Positions 27,541-36,355 of a DNA stretch of 64,000 nt are shown here, one piece after another; the first letter of the stretch is position 1; every line of letters starts with the position of its first letter. The position numbers and the translations under genes are program-made. Under the pieces are notes generated by a model, which was not told where the DNA came from, searched no databases, and worked only from the letters and a program-made list of their open reading frames with translations. The DNA is from an uncultured bacterium (GTDB taxonomy: Bacteria; Acidobacteriota; Thermoanaerobaculia; Multivoradales; JAHZIX01), in contig CBDUPA010000001.1 of the NCBI GenBank assembly GCA_965368975.1, positions 768,001 to 832,000 of the forward strand, read 5' to 3'.

Positions 27541-27606
27541 CGAGCCCGCGCTCTCCCGTCCGGGAGGCTCTTCCACTTAGGAAGACAGAAGATACGCGCG
27601 GACTCG
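27541..27606. other. Predicted three-way-junction RNA structure in an intergenic region
   Basis: 11-bp closing stem 27541-27551/27596-27606 enclosing the hairpins ctccc-gtcc-gggag and tcttcc-actta-ggaaga. Confidence 0.35.
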
Positions 27607-27749
27607 GGACGAGCCGACACTCAGGCTGAGCCCTCACCCAAATGGGGCAGAGGTCAGCAGACACGAGTGCCGGCCGTTCGTCCTGCGTCCTTTCTGCACG
27701 ACGAACCGGCATCTGCGGGTGCCAGCTGGATTCAAGAGGAGATGCAGCA

Positions 27750-28937
27750 ATGCATCCAAGAGAAGAGACGCTGAAGTCGAAGTCTGTTTGGACGAACGAA
27801 CCTCGCCAACACGATGAGCTCGAGACCCTGGGCTGGGATGCCCGTTGGCAAGAGAGGTGGCAAGCCGAGCATCCGGACGCGCAGGCCGCTGGCTGGATAC
27901 CGGCGCGCGTCATCACCGCCAGCCGGGAGATCTACCGCCTGGCCAGTCCGCTCGGTGATACTAGTGCGCTCGGTGAACTGAGCGGAGACCTGGCGGGACG
28001 GCTCCGCTATCTGGCCGAAGAAGATGGCGAAGAGCTGCCGGCGGTGGGAGACTGGGTGGTGGCGCAGCCTCTGCCGGTAGAAGCGCGTGCGATCCTGCAC
28101 GCGGTCTTGCCTCGGCGCAGCTGCCTGGCGCGGCGCGCGGCGGGGAGACGGACGGCGAAGCAAGTGGTGGCGGCGAATGTCGATACTGTCTGGGTCGTTA
28201 CCTCACTCAACCGCGATTTCAATCCACGGCGGCTGGAGCGCTACCTGGAGCTGGTGTGGGAGGCCGGTTGCCGGCCGGTGGTGGTGTTGTCGAAAGCAGA
28301 TCTGTGCGATGCCACGGCTGGTCAGCTCGCAGCGCAGCTGGCGCAGGTGGAAGCGTTGGCGCCGGGCGTCCCGGTGCACGCGCTGAGCGCGCTCGAAGGC
28401 GAGGGGCTGGAACCGCTGGCCGCATACCTGCAGCGCGGTCAGACCGTCGCCTTGCTCGGTTCGTCCGGCGTCGGCAAGTCGACGCTGAGCAACCGCCTGC
28501 TGGGTGCGGACGTGCAGATCGTACGCGAGATCCGCTCCAGCGATGACCGCGGTCGCCATGCCACCTCCCACCGTGAACTGCTGCCGCTACCGTCCGGTGG
28601 ACTACTGGTGGACACACCCGGCATGCGGGAACTCGGTCTGTGGCGCGAGGGCGGCGAGGGGCCGGCGGGCTTTGGTGAGATCGACGGCTTGGCCGAAGAC
28701 TGCCGTTTCGGTGATTGCCAGCACCAGGGCGAACCCGGCTGTGCCGTCGGCGCTGCCATCGATGCCGGTCAACTCGACGCCGAGCGCCTGGAGTCGTACC
28801 ACAAGCTAGTGCGCGAGGACGCCTTCCTCGCCGAGCGCGCCGAAGCCGGTGCGGCGGTGGCAGAGAAGCGCAAGTGGGTGCGCATGATGGGCTCGAAGTT
28901 CACCAAGACCACGAAGCGCCGCTTGCACCGGCGTTGA
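27750..28937 (+). CDS. rsgA: Ribosome small subunit-dependent GTPase A
   Basis: PAVGDWV, ANVD, SKADL, GSSGVGKS, GRHAT, DTPGMR and the CRFGDCQH..EPGC zinc motif. Confidence 0.95.
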   Translation: MHPREETLKSKSVWTNEPRQHDELETLGWDARWQERWQAEHPDAQAAGWIPARVITASREIYRLASPLGDTSALGELSGDLAGRLRYLAEEDGEELPAVGDWVVAQPLPVEARAILHAVLPRRSCLARRAAGRRTAKQVVAANVDTVWVVTSLNRDFNPRRLERYLELVWEAGCRPVVVLSKADLCDATAGQLAAQLAQVEALAPGVPVHALSALEGEGLEPLAAYLQRGQTVALLGSSGVGKSTLSNRLLGADVQIVREIRSSDDRGRHATSHRELLPLPSGGLLVDTPGMRELGLWREGGEGPAGFGEIDGLAEDCRFGDCQHQGEPGCAVGAAIDAGQLDAERLESYHKLVREDAFLAERAEAGAAVAEKRKWVRMMGSKFTKTTKRRLHRR

Positions 28938-28969
28938 CGGCGAGTCCCGTTCCTCCTGCCTCATGGGTG

Positions 28970-30742
28970 TCAGTGGTGGCTCTGGCCGAGTTGTACCAGG
29001 GACTTGGGCGCTGGGCCCTGGGTCGTGCTGGTGAGCGCGTCATGCTCGCCTTGCCAGCGGGGTAGGATCAGTCCCCACGGGTCGGCGTCGAAGTGCGACG
29101 CCAGGTGTTGCTGGTAGCTGATCAGGCGCAGATCCGAGGGTTCGATGTCGCGCGGGTCCGTGTGGTGCAGCATGTGGGTCAGTTCCATCATGTCGTGATG
29201 GAAGCCGGTGAGGTAGTTGTGCACCCGCTGGTACTTGTCCATGACGCTGAGGCCGTGCCGTCGCCAGGGGTCGTTGGTGGCGATGCCGGTGGGGCAGGCG
29301 TTGGTGTGGCAGCGCAGGCTCTGGATGCAGCCAAGAGAGAGCATCAGGGCGCGGGCCGAGTCGATGTAGTCGGCGCCGAAGGCGAAGGCGACGACGGCGT
29401 GGGCGGGGGTGAGGATGCGGCCGGACGCGTGCAGCGCGACGCGGTCGCGGATGCCGGCGTCTTGCAGCTTGCGGTGGGCATAGGCCAGCGTCTCGATGGC
29501 ACTGCCGTAGCCGACGTAGTTGACCCACAGATTCGGGCTGGCTCCGGTGCCGCCGTCCGCACCATCGAACTGGATCGCATCCGGGCCTTCGCCGGTTTCC
29601 TGCATGGCCTCGACCAGCAGGTCGAGTTCCTGAATCCGACCGACACACAGCTTGATGCCCACAGGCAGTTCCGTCAGCTGACGCAGGTGGCGGCAGAAGT
29701 CCATCAGCTTGGCGATCGCCTCGCGCTGCGTCGGTGCTTCCAGTTCGGCGTGTTGGCGCGGGCTGATGGCCATCTTGCCGACGGGGATGCGGCGGATGGC
29801 GGCGATGTCTGGCGTGACTTTGGCGCCCGGTAGGTGCCCGCCGAGCCCGGGCTTGGCACCCTGCGACAACTTGATCTGCAGCATGCCGATGTTGGGATGC
29901 GCGCGGACCAGGTCGACCAGGGCCTGTTCGTCGAGCAGGATACGCAGGCGCCCCGCGTGCTCCTCGACGCGGCGGGCGCCGAACTTGCCGGTGCCGAGTT
30001 GGAAGACGACGTCGTTGCCGCCGACGCCGTGCGGACCATAGCCACCCTCACCTGTGTTGACATAGGCAACGCCCTTGGCGCCCAGGCTGAGTGCTTCGCA
30101 CGAGCGCTGGTTGATCGAGCCGAAGCTCATGCCGGAGACATTGAGCGTGTTGCGGACGACGAACGGACGCACACCCTGCCGCTGTGCGCCGATCACCACC
30201 TCGAAGTGGGAAGGGGTTTCCTCACCCTCCGCTTCACCGCCGAAGTTGTGGTGCAGAATGCGTGCACCGGTGGTGTTCTCCGGGTCGTAGTTGTCCAGTT
30301 CGGTACCGAAGCTGGTCAGCGGCTTGATGGTCTTTGCCTTCTGGTAGACGTAGTCGCGCACGATGCGTGGGATGGGGCGGCCATCCATATTGCGCTCGTT
30401 GAAGTACTGCAGGAACTTGTCGCGAAACTCCATCTCGAACAGGTAGCGCAGCCGTCCCATCGGGCCATAGATGCGCACGATCGCACGGCGCGATTGGACG
30501 AAGCATTCGCGAATGCCAAAGACGAACATGGCAGCGAAGGTGCCTGCGACCACCGCCCACCAGACGCTGGTGGTGAACCCTATGTAGAGGCCGGCAACGA
30601 AGAGGGCGAGCGAGACGACGTCGAGGACTCGGCGCAGGCGAACACGCGGTGCGTGCAGGCGTTCGTAGGCATCGGGCGCATACAGACTGTCGGTTGGACG
30701 GTTGAGCAGAGAGCGGGTTTCGTCGGTCGGAGCATAGGCCAT
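28970..30742 (-). CDS. Stand-alone FMN-binding glutamate synthase family protein with N-terminal TM helices
   Basis: SGMSFGS, NTGEGG, IKLSQGAKPG.GG.LP, DGADGGTGA and GCIQ..CH.N.CPTG. Start ATG 30742 with AAGGAG RBS. Confidence 0.9.
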   Translation of the reverse strand: MAYAPTDETRSLLNRPTDSLYAPDAYERLHAPRVRLRRVLDVVSLALFVAGLYIGFTTSVWWAVVAGTFAAMFVFGIRECFVQSRRAIVRIYGPMGRLRYLFEMEFRDKFLQYFNERNMDGRPIPRIVRDYVYQKAKTIKPLTSFGTELDNYDPENTTGARILHHNFGGEAEGEETPSHFEVVIGAQRQGVRPFVVRNTLNVSGMSFGSINQRSCEALSLGAKGVAYVNTGEGGYGPHGVGGNDVVFQLGTGKFGARRVEEHAGRLRILLDEQALVDLVRAHPNIGMLQIKLSQGAKPGLGGHLPGAKVTPDIAAIRRIPVGKMAISPRQHAELEAPTQREAIAKLMDFCRHLRQLTELPVGIKLCVGRIQELDLLVEAMQETGEGPDAIQFDGADGGTGASPNLWVNYVGYGSAIETLAYAHRKLQDAGIRDRVALHASGRILTPAHAVVAFAFGADYIDSARALMLSLGCIQSLRCHTNACPTGIATNDPWRRHGLSVMDKYQRVHNYLTGFHHDMMELTHMLHHTDPRDIEPSDLRLISYQQHLASHFDADPWGLILPRWQGEHDALTSTTQGPAPKSLVQLGQSHH

Positions 30743-30765
30743 CGCTGGTCTCCTTCGAGCAGCAC

Positions 30766-31710
30766 TCAGGCAAGCGGTCGGTCGTGCAGGAAGTCGCGGA
30801 CGTCGGCGGCACTGCTGTCGGCCTCTTCTTCCATCGGCAGGTGGCCCGCGTGCGGATAGATGCGGAGCACGGAGTCGGGCAGGTCGGCATGGAACTGGAG
30901 GGCGTCCTGCACCGAGACCCAGGGGTCGTGCTGTCCCCAGAGGATCAAGGTCGGCGCTTGGATGCTGCGGATGCGTTGACGTGTGCTGCGGTAGTCGTAG
31001 TCCGCGGCGAGCAGACGCAGGTTCGCCTGGCGGTTGCCGCGGCGGCGGATGAGGTCGTGATGACGGTCGATCATGGTGTCGTCGACGAACTCGTCGGACC
31101 GGTGGAAGACCCGATGCAGTACGGCAGCGACCAGCCAGCGCGGGCTGCACCAGCGCAGGGGCCGCACCCAGAAGCTGCGCGCCATGGCGGCGACCTGTTC
31201 GAAGCCGGGGTGCGGGTAGCCGGCGGCATCGATCAGGATCAGGCGGTCGACACGCTCCGCAGCGGTGGCGGCGAGTTCCCAGGCGACCAGGCCGCCCATG
31301 GAACTGCCGGCGATGTGACAGCGGTCGATGCCCAGCGCGTCGAGCAGAGCCAGCACGGTGTCGACCAGGATCTGTGGGCTGTAGACTCCGTCCGGTGTCG
31401 GTCCGGTCAGCCCGTGGCCGGGCAGGTCGAGGCGCAGCAGACGGAATTCATCTCCGAGCCGCTCGACCCAGGCATCCCAGGTGTGCAGTGACGCCTGCCA
31501 ACCGTGGATCAATAGCAGGGGCGGATCCTCCGGGCGACCTTCGTCCCGGAAGTGCACGAGTTGTCCGCTCGGTAAGCGCACGAAGCGGGATGCATCGTTG
31601 CCGTAGCGGGAGATGAGCGGCGCCGGCTCCAGGTCGCGCTCGACCAGCCACCAGGCCGCCAGGCCCAGCGTACCCAGTGCACCCAGTGCCGCTCTAAGAG
31701 GTCGTCGCAT
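30766..31710 (-). CDS. Alpha/beta hydrolase (esterase/lipase-like)
   Basis: LIHG, DLPGHG, GSSMGG nucleophile, WGQHD and AGHLP. Confidence 0.92.
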   Translation of the reverse strand: MRRPLRAALGALGTLGLAAWWLVERDLEPAPLISRYGNDASRFVRLPSGQLVHFRDEGRPEDPPLLLIHGWQASLHTWDAWVERLGDEFRLLRLDLPGHGLTGPTPDGVYSPQILVDTVLALLDALGIDRCHIAGSSMGGLVAWELAATAAERVDRLILIDAAGYPHPGFEQVAAMARSFWVRPLRWCSPRWLVAAVLHRVFHRSDEFVDDTMIDRHHDLIRRRGNRQANLRLLAADYDYRSTRQRIRSIQAPTLILWGQHDPWVSVQDALQFHADLPDSVLRIYPHAGHLPMEEEADSSAADVRDFLHDRPLA

Positions 31711-33435
31711 CTAGGGGCAGGTCACGAAGGCGCTGGTGTCCTGGATAGGTTGGAACGGTGTGCCCTGGGGATTGGTCGCGCGGTAGATCACCTCGGTCAG
31801 CGTGTCAGTGACGGTCAAGTCGACCTCGACGTTGGTCAAGCCGCCGGCGAAAACCCAGAAGTGACCGTTGTTGGTGCAGCCATCGAGCACCTTGACCACC
31901 AACTCGACGTTCTGGCTGTTGAAGAACCAGAAGTAGCCGGTGTCTGGGGTGAGCGCAACGGCGGTGCCGCTGCCCGTGGTGCCGTTCGCCCGCCGCCAGT
32001 CGGCTTCGACGCGGAAGCGTCCCTGCTGCAGGCACAGGCTAGTCGCCGTACCGGCACAGGTCTGCTGCGGTGCGTAGAGGAAGGCGACCGCCGCCCGGTC
32101 GTCGGCGGTCAGCTGTGCGCCGCGGCCGTCGAGGTGGGCGAAGGCGCGCATCAGGGCCTCGTCCTTGGTCGTGGTGTTGCACGTGCCGCTGGCGGCGTCA
32201 CCGCAGGCGTGGCTGAAGCCGAGGGTGTGACCGACTTCGTGGGCGAAGACTTCTGCCGCCGCACTCGACTGGTCGAGGATACAGCGGCTGTTGGTGTTGG
32301 TGACGATGTCGGCACCGAGCGCGCTCAGGTAGTCGACGCCGCCGTAGCTGTGCGTTACCGGTGTCGAACGATCGAACCAGGGGCCGCCAAGGGCCACAGT
32401 GCCGAAGCCGCCGCCGTTGTCGTCGCAGAAGAACGGGTTCGAGAAGCCGCTGTAGCCGTTCGGGTTTTCGAACAGGATGGCGTTGATGCCGTCGAAGCTC
32501 GACAAACCACCATCGGCGCTGGTGGTGCCGGCATAGTGATACCGGACCTGGCTGTCAGGGGCGTGGTTCCAGGCGTCGAGGGCGTCCTGCAGCTCGCTGT
32601 CACCGCTGCCCGGCAGGTCGGGCTGACCGTCTGCGAAGCGGAAGAAGTCAACCGTTCCGGAGACGAAGTTGGGCCAGCGCAGGTTGAAGGGCACGCCGTT
32701 GACGTCGATGGTCGACAGGCGGAAGCGCTGCGTGACGGCCGGCTGGGCTGACTCCGGCGTGGCCAACCCTCGGTGTGCCTCGGCGATCGCCAGCAGGTAA
32801 TCAGCGGCGGGAGCTTCGTGGGTCGGGACGGCCAGGGCCCGCTGCTCCAACCAGTTCGCGAAGCGATCGAAGTCACGGCTGCGCGGCAGCACGAGCGTCG
32901 GTTGACCCGTCTGGTCGAGGAAGTGGCTGCCATCGAGGTGCCGCTGTGCCAGGCGATGGCCCTGGTGCAGTTCTTCGTAGAAGGCGCCGAGGGCCAGGTG
33001 AAGGACGCCGTAGACGTCGCCGCCGTAGAGCGTCGAGTCGACGTCCTGGCGCGTCAAGGCCAGCAACACACGCTCGCCGGCACGGAAGCGTGGCACGCCG
33101 GGCAACCACAGCTCGCGGCCTGCCGCGTCGACGCCGCCGGGCACGCGCAGGGTCAGCTCGTGGGTCAGGTCTTCCTGAGTCGAGTTCTTGAGCACTCGCT
33201 CCGGCTGCAGCCGGTAGAGGGTGAACGGCTCACCCGCCGGGTCCGCCTGCGCCTCGCCGACCACCTGGCCGACCAGCAGCAAGGGGGCCGCGTCGGCCAG
33301 AATCCGGTCAGCATGGAGAGGGTCGGCTGGCAGCACGTAGGTCGCGGCCGGTGCCGGCAGTGTCGCCGAGGCGGCCAGCAGCGCCGCGAGCAGGCAGGGT
33401 AGGAAGAGGTGGAGCCGAGAGGTGGACCAGTGCAT
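31711..33435 (-). CDS. Secreted metzincin (matrixin-like) metalloprotease with propeptide and conserved C-terminal domain
   Basis: HEVGHTLGFSH plus Met-turn ALM; C-terminal LCLQQGRF..GYFWFF..NVELVVKVLDGC..FWVF.GGLT domain. Confidence 0.88.
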   Translation of the reverse strand: MHWSTSRLHLFLPCLLAALLAASATLPAPAATYVLPADPLHADRILADAAPLLLVGQVVGEAQADPAGEPFTLYRLQPERVLKNSTQEDLTHELTLRVPGGVDAAGRELWLPGVPRFRAGERVLLALTRQDVDSTLYGGDVYGVLHLALGAFYEELHQGHRLAQRHLDGSHFLDQTGQPTLVLPRSRDFDRFANWLEQRALAVPTHEAPAADYLLAIAEAHRGLATPESAQPAVTQRFRLSTIDVNGVPFNLRWPNFVSGTVDFFRFADGQPDLPGSGDSELQDALDAWNHAPDSQVRYHYAGTTSADGGLSSFDGINAILFENPNGYSGFSNPFFCDDNGGGFGTVALGGPWFDRSTPVTHSYGGVDYLSALGADIVTNTNSRCILDQSSAAAEVFAHEVGHTLGFSHACGDAASGTCNTTTKDEALMRAFAHLDGRGAQLTADDRAAVAFLYAPQQTCAGTATSLCLQQGRFRVEADWRRANGTTGSGTAVALTPDTGYFWFFNSQNVELVVKVLDGCTNNGHFWVFAGGLTNVEVDLTVTDTLTEVIYRATNPQGTPFQPIQDTSAFVTCP

Positions 33436-34925
33436 CAGTCGATTCTGCCATATCCTTCCGCTGCCTCCTCCGCGAGCGCGGCGAAGCCGCCGTCGCGGGG
33501 GAGTTGCCGTGGCATGACGCGCTGGCCCAACTCTTCGTCCGGTGTGTCCAGCTCCAAGTACCCGAGCGCCGCGAGCTGGCCGCGCGTCTCGTCGTCGAGT
33601 TCCGTCTTCTGCCGCTCCGCGGCGAGCACGCCCAGCCGATTGTGGTGCCGTAGCAGGGCGGCCAGCGGGTCATCGTTGCTCGGTTCTTGTGCCAGGCGCT
33701 CTTCCGGGTCGAGCTCCAGGTCGAAGCTCAGATCGTGCGGGGCTCGCCAGCGGTGGATCAGCTTGCGCGGCCACTGCGTGGACGCCAGCAAGCCGCGCTC
33801 GTCGAGGTCCATGTGGAAGTAATAGGTACCGCCCTCGGCTTCGTCGTTGGGTGGCGTGCCGGCCAGCAACTCGGTCCAGCGCGACGCGCCGTCCAGACCA
33901 TGGCGGCCGCCCAGCTCCGGCAGGGGCTCGTCGAGCTGCATCGCATCCAGAACGGTGGGCAGGAAATCGACTTGGTGGAAGCGATCGGGGCTCTGGTAGC
34001 TGGGCAGACCGTCGCGTGCCCACAGCACGAAGGGCACGCGCAGCACCTCTTCGTACAGCGTGATGCCGTGGGTCAGCATGCCGTGTTCGCCGAACTCCTC
34101 ACCGTGGTCCGCGGTCACCACCACCAGCGTGTCGTCCAACAAGCCGCGGGCGTCCAACTCGTCGAACAGGCGGCGGATCTCGACGTCCATCTCACGGATC
34201 TCACCGTCATAGGCGTTGATCAGGTACTGCAGGGTTTCGTCGTTGAGAGGGTGGTTGCGTCGTAGCAACCGCTGGGGTTGCATCCGGCGCAGCGGCTTGA
34301 CGTCCTCTTCGGCTCCCCAAGGACGGCGCGGCCGGTAGGGGTCGTGGGGGTCGGTGTAGTGGACGTAGAGGAACACGGGGCCATCGCCTTCCGCCTCGCG
34401 TGCCGCATCGAGCTGCCCGAGCGCGCGGTCGGTCACCCGCGCGGCGGGCTTCTTGCCGCCGCTGGTCTGGTCGAAGGCGTCGTAGCCACGATGGAAACCA
34501 AAGGGGCGACTGGCGTTGCGGTTGGAGATGAACGCGGCGGTGACGAAGCCTTGGTTGTCCAGTAACTGGGGCAGGAAATCGAGCCCTTCTGGAAGCTTGT
34601 CGCTGCGGCTGATCGCCTGGTGTCGCTGCGGGTGGAGGCCGGTCATCAACGTCGCGATCGACGGCTTGGTCCAGGACGACGCCGAGTAGCCCTGGACTTG
34701 GATTCCCTCGGCCGCCAGCTCGGCCAGGAAGGGGGCGGTATCGCGCTCATAGCCGTAGCTCGGCAGGTGATCGCTACGCAGGGTGTCGATCATGATGATG
34801 ACCAGGTTGCGGTAGCTTGGGCCTTGCGGTGCGCGCGCGCAGGAGAGGTTCAGGCTCGCGATCAGCAGGAGCGTAGAGGGTAGAACGAGAGTCGCGTACC
34901 GCGGAAGCCAAGATTGCCGAGTCAT
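33435..34925 (-). CDS. Sulfatase-like (alkaline phosphatase superfamily) lipoprotein
   Basis: IDTLRSDH, WTKPS..LMTG, HYTDPH, YDGEI, ADHGEEF and LAALGYL; lipobox NLSC. Confidence 0.88.
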   Translation of the reverse strand: MTRQSWLPRYATLVLPSTLLLIASLNLSCARAPQGPSYRNLVIIMIDTLRSDHLPSYGYERDTAPFLAELAAEGIQVQGYSASSWTKPSIATLMTGLHPQRHQAISRSDKLPEGLDFLPQLLDNQGFVTAAFISNRNASRPFGFHRGYDAFDQTSGGKKPAARVTDRALGQLDAAREAEGDGPVFLYVHYTDPHDPYRPRRPWGAEEDVKPLRRMQPQRLLRRNHPLNDETLQYLINAYDGEIREMDVEIRRLFDELDARGLLDDTLVVVTADHGEEFGEHGMLTHGITLYEEVLRVPFVLWARDGLPSYQSPDRFHQVDFLPTVLDAMQLDEPLPELGGRHGLDGASRWTELLAGTPPNDEAEGGTYYFHMDLDERGLLASTQWPRKLIHRWRAPHDLSFDLELDPEERLAQEPSNDDPLAALLRHHNRLGVLAAERQKTELDDETRGQLAALGYLELDTPDEELGQRVMPRQLPRDGGFAALAEEAAEGYGRID

Positions 34926-36346
34926 GAAGTCTCCTCGTCGAGAAGCCGCCAGCCGCTGGCGACACAGTCGGGGATGCCGACGCCACGGCGCCAGTTGCCG
35001 AGCACTGTCAGGCCGGGGTGCTCGGCTTCGAGTCCGCCGGCCACGGCGTCGAGCTGTGCCCAGGCCGCGGTCGGTTGCGGGATCCCGGGCTGCCAGCGCC
35101 GGATTACCGAGATCGCCGGAGTTCCCCGTGCACCGAGCAGGTCGGCCAGTTCGCGCGTCACCATTTCGAGCAGGGCGTCGTCATCGAGCTGCAGTAGCTC
35201 TGGACGCCGACGGCCACCGACCATGGCGGTGAGCAAGACGTGCCCTTCGGGAGCGCGGCCTTCGAAGATGCTGGAGGGAAACAGCACACCGAGCAGGTCG
35301 CGATCCTGGCGGTGCGGGATCAGGCAGCCGAAGCCGTCGAGTGGGTGGGCGACCTGCTCGCGACGGTAGCCGAGAGCCACCACGGCGACGGCGGAACAGG
35401 GAAGTGGTGCCGGCACGGTATCCGCTCCAGCGAGCCCTTGCAGCAGCTGCCAGCTGGCCGCTTGCGGCAAGGCTAGTACCAGCCGCTCAGCGCGGTGCTC
35501 GAACGGCTCGCCGACGGCGTCGTGACCGTGCACCAGGAAGCCGCGCTCCGTGGCTCCTGCCTCGGTGGACCTGGGCAAGGGCTGCAGTCGCTCGACTCTC
35601 CGGCCGTAGTGGATGTCTAGCCGTGATGCGCCAGCCCCGTGCGTGAGGGGTTCAGCGAGCTGGCGCGCCAGCGTTTCGAGCCCGTCACGGTGGCTGACCA
35701 GGCGTCGCGGTGCCGCCTGCTCTTCCGGTCGTGAGGCTGCCTGCTTGCGCCGGGCCAGCACGCCGCGCAGCAGGCTACCGTGTTCGGTTTCGAGGGCGTA
35801 CAGGCGACGAAACGCGTAGCCGACGGCGAGTTCGTCCGGATCCCCGGCGTAGATACCGAGCACCATGGCATCGCCCAGTCGCTGCAGCGTCTGACGTCCG
35901 AGCCGGCGCTCGAAGAACGACGCTACCGACTCCGCGGGACCCAGCCCGCCGCGCCGCCGTAGCGGTTCTGTGAACAGCCGCAGCTTGGCGCCCAGGGACA
36001 GCACCGGCGTTGTCAGGATCCCCGGCGGCTTCGACGGCAGTGCGACCAGCTTGCCGCCGTGCACCAGGTACCGTCGCGCCGCCGCCGTCTCGGCTCCGAT
36101 CAGCTGATCCTGGCAGCCGACGTAGGCGCACAGCTCGTCCAGCTCCGGCGATGCCTGCACCGTGTTGGGACCCAACTCAACGATGAAGCCGTCCTGCCGG
36201 TGCGTGCACAGCGTACCGCCCGGTCGGTCCTGAGCCTCCAGCACCGTCACCGTCATTCCGCCACGCTGGAGCGCATGTGCCGCCGCCAGGCCGCTGATAC
36301 CAGCACCCACCACGAGGGCGTGGTGCTGCGTGCTTCGAGCCGTCAT
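34922..36346 (-). CDS. hemY: Proto/coproporphyrinogen oxidase, HemY type
   Basis: VVGAGISGL, ELGPN, GIYAGD, GFGCLIP and GVGIPDC; next to hemE. Confidence 0.92.
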   Translation of the reverse strand: MTARSTQHHALVVGAGISGLAAAHALQRGGMTVTVLEAQDRPGGTLCTHRQDGFIVELGPNTVQASPELDELCAYVGCQDQLIGAETAAARRYLVHGGKLVALPSKPPGILTTPVLSLGAKLRLFTEPLRRRGGLGPAESVASFFERRLGRQTLQRLGDAMVLGIYAGDPDELAVGYAFRRLYALETEHGSLLRGVLARRKQAASRPEEQAAPRRLVSHRDGLETLARQLAEPLTHGAGASRLDIHYGRRVERLQPLPRSTEAGATERGFLVHGHDAVGEPFEHRAERLVLALPQAASWQLLQGLAGADTVPAPLPCSAVAVVALGYRREQVAHPLDGFGCLIPHRQDRDLLGVLFPSSIFEGRAPEGHVLLTAMVGGRRRPELLQLDDDALLEMVTRELADLLGARGTPAISVIRRWQPGIPQPTAAWAQLDAVAGGLEAEHPGLTVLGNWRRGVGIPDCVASGWRLLDEETS

Positions 36347-36355
36347 CGATCGAGC

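Noticed and set aside
27537-27610. CTGACGA followed by a stem, resembling a hammerhead ribozyme core
   Set aside because: The required GAAA after stem II is absent (the sequence reads CTCGGGAC), and stems I and III cannot be formed.
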